Below are positions 16,475 through 25,995 of a stretch of 44,221 bases of DNA, piece after piece. The notes beneath the pieces are model-generated. The model had not been told where the DNA came from and made no database searches. It saw only the letters and a program-made list of their open reading frames with translations. The first letter of the stretch is position 1. Each line of letters starts with the position of its first letter. Source of the stretch: a virus. The stretch lies in IMG/VR virus record IMGVR_UViG_3300047160_000952; one strand, written 5' to 3'. Both the position numbers and the translations under genes were made by a program.

Positions 16475-17353
16475 TCACATCACCGTGTTGGCGGTCGGGA
16501 TGTACGGTTGACCCCGGAAGTGGATGACGTTGTTGAACTTGGTCGTGCAAGTCGACTGCGTGCCATCGCAGCCGGGCACGACGGTGAACGTGTCACCACT
16601 GGAAACCGGATTCGGCCACGGGTTGGCTACCGTGATGGTGCCGGACGCGTTCAGGTAGGTCTTGATGGCGCGGCTGATGCCTGCGTTGACACCGGTCAAG
16701 CCCACGATGTACCCCTGCGAAAAGTAGCCGTTGGCTTGCGTCAAGCCGGTCGAGAACGTCGCCTTCAGTGCATCGGTCGCGCTGGTGGCGGTCGCAGTGA
16801 CGGCGAATGTGCTGGTCTGCAGCGTGCAAGCGCTGTCGAATACTGTGTTCAGGCACCCCTGTTGCCAAATCTCGCGCGGCAGTTGCGTGTCCAGCAGCTG
16901 AAGCGGGCTGTTGACCGTGATGTCCACGCTGTTGCGGCCACCCTTGATCTCGCCGACTTGACCGCTGAAACAGAACAGCGCACCGACGGGCGACGTCTGA
17001 CCGATGCCCCAGTACGCCTTGTCGACCTCGATTGTAGCGTTCTGCAGTGCGCCACTACGCACCCACGCCATGAGCGTCAGTCCGTTGATGACGGTGCCAA
17101 TGTTATCAGTGAGCGTGATGCTCAGGTCATCGGTGGCGATGCCGACCGTCCAGCGGATCTTGCTGCGCGTGATGCCAGGGCCGATAGCCCAGGTGTTGCC
17201 GTTGCCGCTGATGGCATAGGTGTGGCCCGACCAGCGCAGCACGGTACCGTTGGTGAGCGTGATGGTGTACAGGTCTGCCATCTCCAGCGGCTTGCCGGAG
17301 TTGAGCAACGCCACCAGCGCGCCCGACGAAGTTTCCCACAGAGCTTTTCTCAT
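16475..17353 (-). CDS. Tail tip protein, DUF2163 + BR0599-type C-terminal domain (RcGTA gp13-like)
   Basis: The C-terminus SGDTFTVVPGCDGTQSTCTTKFNNVIHFRGQPYIP matches the BR0599 signature. The ATG at 17353 overlaps the upstream stop (ATGA). Confidence 0.85.
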   Translation of the reverse strand: MRKALWETSSGALVALLNSGKPLEMADLYTITLTNGTVLRWSGHTYAISGNGNTWAIGPGITRSKIRWTVGIATDDLSITLTDNIGTVINGLTLMAWVRSGALQNATIEVDKAYWGIGQTSPVGALFCFSGQVGEIKGGRNSVDITVNSPLQLLDTQLPREIWQQGCLNTVFDSACTLQTSTFAVTATATSATDALKATFSTGLTQANGYFSQGYIVGLTGVNAGISRAIKTYLNASGTITVANPWPNPVSSGDTFTVVPGCDGTQSTCTTKFNNVIHFRGQPYIPTANTVM

Positions 17354-18534
17354 GATTGCGCCGAGATGAAAGCCACCTTGCGCAGCTCCCACAAGTTGTT
17401 CATGAACTTGGACGGGTCAAGTTGACCATCCAAGAAGCGGCAGCGACGGTAGTAGTTGCCCGTCCAGGTCAGTGGCACAGACGCGCCCGGCGTCGCAGCA
17501 GCCGTGAACGTCACCACTCCACCCGTACCCAGCGCCCACTCTGCGGGCGCGGTCAGCGCGGACGTCGTGGTGTTGGGGATGTAGGTAGTCGCAACGGTGC
17601 CGGTCTCCAACTGGATGCCCCAGATGAAGGCGCCGCTGACGCCGTCGCCGGTGTACGATACCGCGAGATTGGTGTAGCTGTTGGCCAGTCGCATCTGCAC
17701 GCCAGAAGATGCAGTCGATACAGCCGTCGCAGTCGCGCTGAACCGCCACCAGCCACTACCGACCGACACGGCAGAAGCGGTCACGCCGGTCGGTGCAGAG
17801 ACTGCGCCCGTCGACATGTCCAGAACGGCCGCGATGTTGCCGGAGAACGGCCCGCTGGGGAACAGCAGTTGCACCCAGCGCGTACTGCCACTGCCAGTCG
17901 CCTTGAAGTACGCAGAGAACGTGTACGACGTGCCTGACGTGAACGAGATCGATCGCGTGATGTAGTGACCCGTCGATGCCGTCGTGTCTTCCGCAAATGT
18001 GTCGGCCGTCGTGGTGCCGTCCGGTGCCGTCGTGGTGTTGCCGGTCGCGGTCGAAGCAAGCTTCGACCAGTACGCGTTGGTGATGTCTTGTGACATGCCG
18101 ACGAGGTTCGTACGATCGTAGCCGTAGGACACCAGACCGTTCTTGAAGATCTGCAGCGTGGCGCCCTGGATGTCGTAGACGGCCTCGCTGAAGCCTCCGT
18201 ACGCGCGCACCAACTGGAAGACACGCGTCGTGCCATCACCCAGCGCGAACTGGGTGTTGGTTGCCGCGTTGTCGTCCGGGTCTGTGAACAGAAACGTGTC
18301 GAATGGGCCGCCCACGAGGTTGTAGAAACCCACGAGGTTCTGCAGTTCAGCGTAGGACGCCGCGCTGCGCAAGAACGCGTACGACAGCTCGTAGCTGTAG
18401 CGCACGAACGACGTGTCGCGCCCACGGTACTCCCGCAGGCTCGGCGTCGTGCGGATGGCGACCGGCGGCGCCATGGGGCTACGCTTGACGCCGAAGTCCA
18501 GACCCGGCAGGGTCGGGTAGACGAGATTGCCCAT
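17350..18534 (-). CDS. Distal tail protein, DUF2460-like N-terminus (RcGTA gp12-like) with a C-terminal extension
   Basis: N-terminal pattern ...SLREYRGRDTSFVRYSYELSYAFL...LVGFYNLVGGPFDTFLFTDPDD. It sits directly after the tape measure gene. Confidence 0.85.
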   Translation of the reverse strand: MGNLVYPTLPGLDFGVKRSPMAPPVAIRTTPSLREYRGRDTSFVRYSYELSYAFLRSAASYAELQNLVGFYNLVGGPFDTFLFTDPDDNAATNTQFALGDGTTRVFQLVRAYGGFSEAVYDIQGATLQIFKNGLVSYGYDRTNLVGMSQDITNAYWSKLASTATGNTTTAPDGTTTADTFAEDTTASTGHYITRSISFTSGTSYTFSAYFKATGSGSTRWVQLLFPSGPFSGNIAAVLDMSTGAVSAPTGVTASAVSVGSGWWRFSATATAVSTASSGVQMRLANSYTNLAVSYTGDGVSGAFIWGIQLETGTVATTYIPNTTTSALTAPAEWALGTGGVVTFTAAATPGASVPLTWTGNYYRRCRFLDGQLDPSKFMNNLWELRKVAFISAQS

Positions 18535-18536
18535 GT

Positions 18537-20945
18537 TCAGAACCTTCCGTAGCGTTGTGCGTGGCGCATGACCTTGACGATCTCGTCCTGGTGCATCATG
18601 AAGAAGCCCCCGGGCATCGGAGTCGCGTTGATGGACAGGCCACCGCTGGTGCCTTGCGCCATGTCCCGCACCGCGTTGGCTTGCTCCTTGGGCAGCACCA
18701 TTTCTTCCTCGTGCAGTTGGGTCATGGGGTTGACACCTGACGGAATGTCGTAGCCCCCGCGCGCCGACTTGACGTTGGACTGCATACCAATGGTCGCAGC
18801 AAACACCGCAGCCATGGCAGCAAGGGCCAGGATCGGGCCGACGTACGGGATGTCCGCCATGGCCGACGCAGCACCGGAGCCGGCCTTGGCCGCGTCACCC
18901 GAGATGCCCGCCATGTTGATGGCCTTCTCCGTTGCGAATACTGCCAGTTTCTTCTCGATGTACTGCGCCAGGAAGCCCGCGATGGCCGACATGGTCTGCT
19001 GGAACATGCTGCGCACGGCCTGCGTCCAGGTCATCTGGTGCGTCATGAGCGACTGAATGGTGTTCTGGAACGCGGTACCGATCTTGTTGAAGGCATCCTG
19101 GTAGTTCTTAACGGCCTCCTGGTTGCCCTTGATCTCGATCTGCCGCAGCTTGGCGTTGTGCGCTTGCTCCTCGGCCTCCAGCTCGTCGTCCAGCTTCTTC
19201 AGCGCGACGACGTTCTTGGTTGGATCCTTGGCCAGCGCAGCCAGTCGGTCGTCGATGCCTTGCTTGACGATGCGGTACCGGGCGTCTTCCAGCCGCTCCT
19301 CTTCCTTGATCATCTGCTCGTTGGTGATCAACCCCAGCGTCAGCTTGTTCTGAGCTTCAGCTTGCGCAGACGCGATGGATGCCAGCGCCATCTTCTGGCG
19401 GGACGCGGCTTGCTCCTCATCAAGTTGCAGCTCCTTCTGCTTGGTCTCCTTCATGTCGGCAAGCTGGACTTGCCCGGCCTTGCGACGCAGCGCGGTCTGT
19501 TCCTCCAGCGACAAGTCAGCGATGCTCAGCTTCTGTTGCCAGAACGCCTCTTCCTGTTGCTTGTCCATCTCACGCAGGTCGTTTGCCTTCTCGTAGGCAA
19601 CCTTCTGCTCCTCGAGTTCCGCCTCCCACTCCCCCATGCGTGAAGGGGCCTTTTGCTTCTGATCCTTGAGATCTCCCATCTGCTTCTTGCCCTTCGAAGA
19701 AGGGCCTGATGCAGCGACTTTATCGCCGTAAAGTCCATCCAGGTCGTTTGCGAACGCATCGGAAGCACCTTTGAAGTTGTCGACCGCTGCGTCTTTGATG
19801 TTGACGAACGACTGCACCATGCGGTCTTTCATCGCCACCACATCATCCGCAGCCTTGCTCCAGCGACCGTGCAGCACGTCGTCGATCAGCGTGCCCAGGT
19901 TGCCGATTTGATCCATCGTCGAGTTGATGAACTCGAAGATGACAGAGGCCACCGTCTTGACGACGGCGCCAATCGAACGAAACACCAGCAGCAGACCAGT
20001 CAGCGCGCCCTTGAAGACGGCAATGACGGTCGGGCCAGTGGACGCAAGGTACTCGGCCAGTTCCGTGAAGACTGGCATGACTGCGTCGCCAATGGTCTTC
20101 ATGACCGCTTCCATGACCTCGCTGACGTCGTGCATTGCCAGCTTGTACGCCTTGGCCGCAGCAACATTCTTCTGCGTGACGATCAGGCCCAGCGCCTCGT
20201 TTTTCTCCTTGGCTTCTTCCAGCACTGAGTTGTTCAGCTTCTGCAGCTTCATCACGTCGTCGACGCTGCGACCAAACAGCTTCTGCGCTGCGGCCGTCTG
20301 GTCAATGCCGGGCGCGTAGTCACTGACGACCCGCAGCGCTTCCTGGAAAACCTCGTTGGCGTCGCGCAGGTGCCCGTTGGCGTCCCGCGTCTCGACGCCC
20401 ATGGCCTTGATACCTTCCTCGTTGCGACGCAACTGCATCGTGAACCGTTGGAAGGTACCGGTGTACGTGTCGGCGTCCGTGCCGATCATACCCAGCGCGC
20501 TGTTCAGCGTGCCGGCTTCCTCGCCGCTGATGCCCAGCGACTTGGACAGCTTCAGGACTTCACCCGTCAGCTTGTTGGACTCGTTGATGGCTTCCTTGAA
20601 GAAGGCCCCGCCACCAACCACAGCGGCGAGACCCAAGAATACACCGGACACGGACTCGAAGATCTCGCTGACGGCGCTGAGCGACGACTTCAGCGCACCG
20701 ACGGAGCCAGTGACTTTGCCACCCATGCTCTCCATGGCTTCAGCGGCTTTTTCACTGTGCTCCGTCGCGCCGTGTGCCATCGACTGGAAGCCGCCCAGGA
20801 TGGCCTTGAACGTGTTGCCGAGGTTGCCCAAGCTGCCCTGGATGCGCTCGGTGCCGGCCTGCGTCGCTTGCGCGGCCGACTCCATGGCGTTGGTTGCGCC
20901 GGACGCGTCACCAGAGATGACGACTTTGGTTTCGTTGTCAGCCAT
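18537..20945 (-). CDS. Tail tape measure protein
   Basis: 802 aa, Ala/Lys/Glu-rich and helical, with a hydrophobic Gly/Ala segment near the C-terminus. It is preceded by the G/GT chaperone pair. Confidence 0.9.
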   Translation of the reverse strand: MADNETKVVISGDASGATNAMESAAQATQAGTERIQGSLGNLGNTFKAILGGFQSMAHGATEHSEKAAEAMESMGGKVTGSVGALKSSLSAVSEIFESVSGVFLGLAAVVGGGAFFKEAINESNKLTGEVLKLSKSLGISGEEAGTLNSALGMIGTDADTYTGTFQRFTMQLRRNEEGIKAMGVETRDANGHLRDANEVFQEALRVVSDYAPGIDQTAAAQKLFGRSVDDVMKLQKLNNSVLEEAKEKNEALGLIVTQKNVAAAKAYKLAMHDVSEVMEAVMKTIGDAVMPVFTELAEYLASTGPTVIAVFKGALTGLLLVFRSIGAVVKTVASVIFEFINSTMDQIGNLGTLIDDVLHGRWSKAADDVVAMKDRMVQSFVNIKDAAVDNFKGASDAFANDLDGLYGDKVAASGPSSKGKKQMGDLKDQKQKAPSRMGEWEAELEEQKVAYEKANDLREMDKQQEEAFWQQKLSIADLSLEEQTALRRKAGQVQLADMKETKQKELQLDEEQAASRQKMALASIASAQAEAQNKLTLGLITNEQMIKEEERLEDARYRIVKQGIDDRLAALAKDPTKNVVALKKLDDELEAEEQAHNAKLRQIEIKGNQEAVKNYQDAFNKIGTAFQNTIQSLMTHQMTWTQAVRSMFQQTMSAIAGFLAQYIEKKLAVFATEKAINMAGISGDAAKAGSGAASAMADIPYVGPILALAAMAAVFAATIGMQSNVKSARGGYDIPSGVNPMTQLHEEEMVLPKEQANAVRDMAQGTSGGLSINATPMPGGFFMMHQDEIVKVMRHAQRYGRF

Positions 20946-21194
20946 GCTTGGGCCTCATGTCGATTGTAGGCGCCTGAGCCATCCGTTGGTCTAGCTCGAA
21001 GCTGCCTTGTTCGGGGGACGATGCACCGCCCGACTTACCCCATCCCAGGTACGCGGCCACTGAGTAGTGGACGGGTGGACTCTTGAGCCAGTGTTTGTTC
21101 ATGCGCTCCAGACGGGGCAAGTCCATGAACTCGTCAATGTACTCGAAAGTCCACCCAGTGGCCGTGATCAGGAACCCGTAGAGGTCGTCCCAGT
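20938..21194 (-). CDS. -1 frame extension of the tail assembly chaperone (T part of a G/GT fusion)
   Basis: The -1 frame is open from the slippery site to a TGA at 20938 and encodes FDWDDLYGFLITATGWTFEYIDEFMDLPRLERMNKHW.... It overlaps the tape measure start by 8 nt. Confidence 0.6.
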
Positions 21195-21524
21195 CGAAGG
21201 GTTTCCGTCAGCTTGCGCGGCAGCGGCTTCCACCGCCTTGCGCTTCAGGCCACTGGCGTCCATGACCGCTTCCATCACCTCCTGGAAGTTGCCCACATCC
21301 AGCTCGTTCTCGAGGTCAGGCAGTTGGTCTTCCGTGTAGTTGCGGAGGAGCGCGGCCTTGGTGACGTCGATGACGAGCGTGAGCGTGTCGTTGGACAGCT
21401 CACCCTTGTAGCCGGCGAGGCGATCCTGGAACTGCTGCAGCGACTTGAAGTTGAGCGGTGGCACGACGAACGTGCGGTCGCCCAGTTGGACGGGGATGCC
21501 CTTGTACTTGGGAGCTTGGCTCAT
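21168..21524 (-). CDS. Tail assembly chaperone (G-like, 118 aa)
   Basis: It lies between the major tail and tape measure genes. The ATG at 21524 follows a hairpin and a GGAAC-containing RBS region. Only the 3' part of track ORF 21168..21986 is used. Confidence 0.8.
   Translation of the reverse strand: MSQAPKYKGIPVQLGDRTFVVPPLNFKSLQQFQDRLAGYKGELSNDTLTLVIDVTKAALLRNYTEDQLPDLENELDVGNFQEVMEAVMDASGLKRKAVEAAAAQADGNPSTGTTSTGS
21188..21194 (-). promoter_or_regulatory. Candidate -1 slippery heptamer A_AAC_CCT
   Basis: On the - strand the zero frame reads GGA AAC CCT, which fits the X_XXY_YYZ pattern. It lies 18 nt before the G stop, and the downstream -1 frame is open. Confidence 0.45.
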
Positions 21525-21532
21525 ATTGGTTC

Positions 21533-21566
21533 CTGAGAAAAGAAGTGGCCCGGCGAGTGCCGGGCC
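21533..21566 (-). terminator. Hairpin plus U-rich tract after the major tail gene (attenuator or partial terminator)
   Basis: On the - strand: GGCCCGGC-ACTC-GCCGGGCC followed by ACTTCTTTTCTC. Confidence 0.55.
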
Positions 21567-21577
21567 GGGGTTGCTGG

Positions 21578-22348
21578 TTACTCGGACAGACCGCGATACA
21601 GCACGTTGCCGGACGGATCGGCGAAACAGTCGAAGTCCATCTCGGGCACCATGTAGTCGTCCAGCTTGGACTGGAGCGACAGCTTGGAGGCGAGCGCACG
21701 CGGGTAGCGCGTGCTGAAGGTCTTGCCGTTCTTGGTGAAGTACACGTCCAGCTGCACGAGCGGGGCGGCGCCCATCGGCAGGTTCTGGATGGTCATCTGC
21801 GTGGCGCCCGGCGTCTGCGCGACCGTGGTCGTGTACGCGTACGAGATGAACACCTGCAGACCCGTGTCGGCCGCAGCGAACGTGTACACGCCCGCAACCA
21901 CCGAGTACTGGCCCGTCGCGGGCGCGCTGGCCACCTTGGTCATGGGCACGCCGCTGGCGTTGCGCACACCCATGTCCTGCGACCACGTGCCGCCGCTCGG
22001 GATGGTCGGCGTGATCTGGTACGGCGACGCCGGGATCAGCGAACCGGTCACGTCGAAGTTGTACGCGAACTTGCCGGTCGACAGCGTCTGGCCGAAGAAC
22101 AGCGACGAGATCGTCAGGCCGTTCACCTGTGCGAACTTGGCCTTGACGCCCACCTTGCCCTTGCCGCGACCCACGTCCACGGGGAACTGGTTCTGGCCGT
22201 ATAGTTGCTTGGTGTCGAACGACTCTTCCATCGAGATCTCCTGCGAGACCGCGAGTTGGATGGGCGTGCCGTTGGCGATGGTGTTGCCGTAGGCGTCCTG
22301 GAGCGGCGTCGCCCAGATGATGCCGGAGCCAAAGATGTACTGGGACAT
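21578..22348 (-). CDS. Major tail (tube) protein
   Basis: 256 aa, positioned between the tail completion genes and the chaperone, followed by an attenuator hairpin. RBS is aaggagg. Confidence 0.85.
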   Translation of the reverse strand: MSQYIFGSGIIWATPLQDAYGNTIANGTPIQLAVSQEISMEESFDTKQLYGQNQFPVDVGRGKGKVGVKAKFAQVNGLTISSLFFGQTLSTGKFAYNFDVTGSLIPASPYQITPTIPSGGTWSQDMGVRNASGVPMTKVASAPATGQYSVVAGVYTFAAADTGLQVFISYAYTTTVAQTPGATQMTIQNLPMGAAPLVQLDVYFTKNGKTFSTRYPRALASKLSLQSKLDDYMVPEMDFDCFADPSGNVLYRGLSE

Positions 22349-22357
22349 AGAGCCTCC

Positions 22358-22798
22358 TTAAGAAGCGAGAATGGAAATGGGGATGATGGCGACAGCCTGC
22401 GTGCCCAGCGTGCCCTCGTCGGTCTCGATCGTTCCCTCGATTCGAGCGTAGTCGACAAGGCCACCCAGAGTCTGCACATTCTCCGCCGCGTTGCCAGACA
22501 ACGCAGCCTCGATGGCGTCGAGGATGGGGTTGATGACAGACGACGGCACCTGATCACCGTCGGTTTTGACGTAGATGTACACCTTGGCATCTAGCGTCCA
22601 CAAGGTAGGCTTGCCCCTTTCGGTCTTGGCGCTCTGATTGCCTTGGGCCATGAAGAGCGCGGGTTGGTCGGCAGACGGAACGTCGTCCCAGTGCTTCAGG
22701 ATACGACTGCTGGTCGTGATGCCGCTAGTCGCGGCCAGCAAGTTGAACAGAGCCGCGTAGATCGGCTCACGGTTGATGAGCGGGTAGCCGGGCATCAT
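22358..22798 (-). CDS. Tail completion / tail terminator-like protein (call based on position)
   Basis: 146 aa with an ATGA overlap to the upstream gene. Gene order is connector, gp10-like, this gene, then tube. Confidence 0.75.
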   Translation of the reverse strand: MMPGYPLINREPIYAALFNLLAATSGITTSSRILKHWDDVPSADQPALFMAQGNQSAKTERGKPTLWTLDAKVYIYVKTDGDQVPSSVINPILDAIEAALSGNAAENVQTLGGLVDYARIEGTIETDEGTLGTQAVAIIPISILAS

Positions 22799-23283
22799 TC
22801 ACCTTTCGCGATGTAGTTGGCTGCGTTGCGCAGCTCTTCGTCGACCTTGGGCTCCAGGTCAGCCAGCGCACTGCGCAAGAACGATCGCTCGGGCAAGTTC
22901 ATCTTCATCTTGTGCGCCTTGATGGACACCTGGATGGGGCTGATCGGCCGACCGAACGCCTGCGTCCGTGTCTGCAAATGCTCCTTGACGTTGACAATGC
23001 CGCTGAAGCCCATCTCATGCGGGCGCGCGTACACGAGGTTGGTACCGACCGTGCCGGAGACCTTGTCCGTGCCGGCGCCGTCGACGCGCTGGTTGATGCT
23101 GCGCTTCAGCCGACCAGACTGGACTTTCAACACCTGCCCGGTCAGCTTGTTTTCCTTCACATCACGCAGCAGCATCATCGTCAGGCGCGTGACGGCACGC
23201 GTCAGGCCGGTAGCCACGCGTTCCTTGCCTTCACCCAGGAACTTCTTCAGCTCCTCGGCGCCGATGAGGCGGCCAGTGATCAT
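22795..23283 (-). CDS. HK97 gp10-family head-tail joining protein
   Basis: LKVQSGRLKRSI...GTVGTNLVYARPHEMG resembles the HK97 gp10 family pattern. Confidence 0.8.
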   Translation of the reverse strand: MITGRLIGAEELKKFLGEGKERVATGLTRAVTRLTMMLLRDVKENKLTGQVLKVQSGRLKRSINQRVDGAGTDKVSGTVGTNLVYARPHEMGFSGIVNVKEHLQTRTQAFGRPISPIQVSIKAHKMKMNLPERSFLRSALADLEPKVDEELRNAANYIAKGE

Positions 23284-23834
23284 GACATCTGCACCCGCTT
23301 GTACTGGTTCAGCAGCGTCAGCGTGGCGGCTTGCATGTCCTTCTGCGAGAACGTGATGACCTCGCCGGCAAGCGTCTTGGACGAGATGCCGATGCGCTGG
23401 CTGTCCTTGAACCGGAACGTCACCATCTCGATGGTTGCCTGCGCGATGTCGGTCGGGATGGGGCTGTAGCCGGCCGTGTATGTCACGACCACGTTCTGGT
23501 AGTCCTTGTCGAACACGTACTGCCGCAGGATGATCGCGGTCGGCGTGAAGACCCAGCCCGGCACGGTCGGGCCAGTCGACTGCGGGATGACGATCTGCCC
23601 CACCTGGACAGACTGCACCGCCGTGATGGGGTAGTTGGGGAAAGTCATCTTGACGTGCCCGGTGCCGTCACGGGTGTCCGTGTAGCTGCGCTGGTCAATG
23701 TCACGGTTGAGCCACGACCTGATGAACTGCGACGCGGACGTGATCAGCCGGTTCAGCACCGCGTCGTCGTTGGTGTTGGTCGGCGCGATGCCCAGATAGG
23801 CTTTCACGTCAGAAAGGGCGCAGAAGTCGGTCAC
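23280..23834 (-). CDS. Head-tail connector (gp6-like)
   Basis: LSDVKAYLGI...NDDAVLNRLITSASQFIRSWLNRDI is the typical gp6-like N-terminal motif. GTG 23834 with a GGAG 7 nt upstream is preferred over the track start at 23882. Confidence 0.8.
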   Translation of the reverse strand: MTDFCALSDVKAYLGIAPTNTNDDAVLNRLITSASQFIRSWLNRDIDQRSYTDTRDGTGHVKMTFPNYPITAVQSVQVGQIVIPQSTGPTVPGWVFTPTAIILRQYVFDKDYQNVVVTYTAGYSPIPTDIAQATIEMVTFRFKDSQRIGISSKTLAGEVITFSQKDMQAATLTLLNQYKRVQMS

Positions 23835-23941
23835 GGTCGGGCTCCAGTTGTGGGTTGGCCCCGGGCACTGCGGGTGCAGCACGCCGGGGCCAAAAAGCTC
23901 TCAGGCTGGGCTTTTGGGGCCACGCCTAGGGGCAGGTAGCG

Positions 23942-24202
23942 TCAGACGGGCTGGTCGGGCACGACGGTCGTCTGCGTGGCCGGGTCGTTGGGGACTTCCT
24001 GGGCCAGGGCGGTGTCCGTCGTGGACGTGTCGATGGCCGGGACGACTTGGTTCAGCTCGACCTGTTGCCAGCCAGCCAGCGGGATCGAGTAGTCGCCGAC
24101 GTCGCCCGTGTCGATGCAGTTGTTGGCATCGAGGTTGTAGCAGCCGCCACCGATGTAGATGCACGTGCCGGTGAAACCGGGCGGGGCTTGGTACTTCGGC
24201 AT
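23942..24202 (-). CDS. Hypothetical protein (86 aa) between capsid and connector genes
   Basis: Tight packing (1-nt gap to the upstream stop); GC3-biased codons. Confidence 0.7.
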   Translation of the reverse strand: MPKYQAPPGFTGTCIYIGGGCYNLDANNCIDTGDVGDYSIPLAGWQQVELNQVVPAIDTSTTDTALAQEVPNDPATQTTVVPDQPV

Positions 24203-24203
24203 G

Positions 24204-24371
24204 TCACTTGGCCTTCTTGGCCTCGACCACCGGCACCGGCTTGAAGCCGTGGTGCAGCAGGTCAGCGACCGCCTCGTCGGGGACTTCGACGTTGCCGTCC
24301 TTGTCCACGTCGTAGGAAACCCCGTCGTGCGAGCAACCGTCGCAGTTCTCGGGGGCCTTGAGCTTGTTCAT
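24204..24371 (-). CDS. Hypothetical small protein (55 aa)
   Basis: The ATG at 24371 is preceded by AAGGA. The longer track ORF start (24431) lies inside the capsid terminator hairpin. Confidence 0.65.
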   Translation of the reverse strand: MNKLKAPENCDGCSHDGVSYDVDKDGNVEVPDEAVADLLHHGFKPVPVVEAKKAK

Positions 24372-24391
24372 CGTGATTCCTTGATGTTGGT

Positions 24392-24420
24392 GAAAAAGCC
24401 CCAGGGCCGAAGCCCCGGGG
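24392..24420 (-). terminator. Hairpin plus U-tract after the major capsid gene (attenuator or partial terminator)
   Basis: On the - strand: CCCCGGGGC-TTCG-GCCCTGGGG (one G:U pair) followed by CTTTTTC. Confidence 0.6.
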
Positions 24421-24440
24421 TTCCTCAACATGCCGTAGCG

Positions 24441-25943
24441 TCAGCCGTTGGCGATGTTGGTGATGACACCCAGACCGAACGGCACGTACACGGCGAGCAC
24501 TTCTTCCGCGTACACGCCGAACTCGTGGGCGCGGGTGCGCAGCGGCCAGTTCAGCTGGTAGTAGTCCACCCGCGTCTTGACGTTCGCGACTTCCGGCACG
24601 TTGTTCGACTTGTACTGCGCGGGCAGATCGCCGCACCAGCCGATGATCGTGCCGGCCGGCAGCGCCGGGTGCAGCATGATCGGGATGCGGTAGCCGCCGT
24701 CCATCGCGAACGGGTTGAAGTACCAGCCGATGACACCGCCGGCCATCATGTTCGGCGTGCCGGTCTGCGGGTCGACGCGGATCTGCAACAGGGCGTTGGT
24801 GCCGGGGCCGGTCAGCGCCTTGTTGGTGATGTTCAGCAGCTCCTGCGAGTTGACGTACAGCACGGTCGGGCCGAGTTGGTACTGATCCCACATGGCCTTC
24901 AGCATGGTGTCGATCTCGTTGATCGTGCCGCGCGACGACGCCGTCAGGACGGTGCCGGTGCCCGGAGTGCCGGTGGCCAGTGTGTTGATGTACGCGCCGG
25001 AGCCCGACTTGAACGCCGTGTACAGCAGACCGTCGAAGGCGTAGTTCGCGTTCGCCGAGTTGTCGGCCGTGACGGCGGTCGCGGCTTGACCCGTGCCGGC
25101 CAGCGGCGCCGAGAAAGTCACGGAGTTGATCGTGGTGATCTTCTCCAGCTTCTCGTTGCCGGCGGTGCCGGTGTACCACGCGTAGCCCATGGCGCCCCGG
25201 ATGGCGGTCGTGGAGCACGAGAGGATCTGGCCCAGCGTGACGGCCTGCGTGGCAGCAGCCGACTTGTTCGACGAACCGCCCGACAGCGTGTAGGTCTGGC
25301 CGTCGGCGCCCGTGATGGTCAGCGACGTGGGGACACCGCCGGACAGCGACGCACCACGGAAGCCTTCCAGCGTCAGCGCGACGACGATGACCGAGTAGGT
25401 CGCGGCCGGCAGGGTGCCGGACGAACCTGCCACGGACAGGGTCGGCGTGGCCGGCGTGCCGAGGCTCACCGACATGTTGCCGCCGAGGATGGCGTTCTCC
25501 TCCTTGAGCATCATCTTCTGCAGCACGCGCATCGAGGCGGTCGCCTGCACGTCCTCGAACGTGCGGCCGGCGGACACGGCTTCGAACGTCACGCTGTCTT
25601 CTTCGCCGATCGTCACGTAGCTCGCGGCCACGTTGTTCACGGAGTAGGACATGCGCGCCGTGCGCTGACCTTCCGGCACCCAGCCCATGGCATCGAAGCC
25701 GGAGCCGAGGATGGCCTTGATGGTCTTCCAGTTGGTCGCGGTGCTGACGCCACCGCCGACGCGGTTCATCTTGTTGCGGATGGGCGTGTTGACCGGGTAC
25801 AGGTTCTTGGCCGGAGCCTGGAGGTCGAACGGCACCAAGCCGGTCGACGTCGAGATCGTCTTGGCGATGTCGTCGCTGGACTTGCTCAGCGCCGTCTTGG
25901 CCAGTTCGAGGGTCTCTTGCGAGACGTTTTGGTTCGCGGACAT
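24441..25943 (-). CDS. Major capsid protein (HK97-fold type, 500 aa)
   Basis: It sits directly after the protease-scaffold gene and is followed by an attenuator. Its size and composition are typical of large HK97-fold capsid proteins. Confidence 0.9.
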   Translation of the reverse strand: MSANQNVSQETLELAKTALSKSSDDIAKTISTSTGLVPFDLQAPAKNLYPVNTPIRNKMNRVGGGVSTATNWKTIKAILGSGFDAMGWVPEGQRTARMSYSVNNVAASYVTIGEEDSVTFEAVSAGRTFEDVQATASMRVLQKMMLKEENAILGGNMSVSLGTPATPTLSVAGSSGTLPAATYSVIVVALTLEGFRGASLSGGVPTSLTITGADGQTYTLSGGSSNKSAAATQAVTLGQILSCSTTAIRGAMGYAWYTGTAGNEKLEKITTINSVTFSAPLAGTGQAATAVTADNSANANYAFDGLLYTAFKSGSGAYINTLATGTPGTGTVLTASSRGTINEIDTMLKAMWDQYQLGPTVLYVNSQELLNITNKALTGPGTNALLQIRVDPQTGTPNMMAGGVIGWYFNPFAMDGGYRIPIMLHPALPAGTIIGWCGDLPAQYKSNNVPEVANVKTRVDYYQLNWPLRTRAHEFGVYAEEVLAVYVPFGLGVITNIANG

Positions 25944-25995
25944 ATGGGTTCCTTTTGCGAGAAGTTGCGGAACGGGTTCTGTTGGCAGGGGTTGG

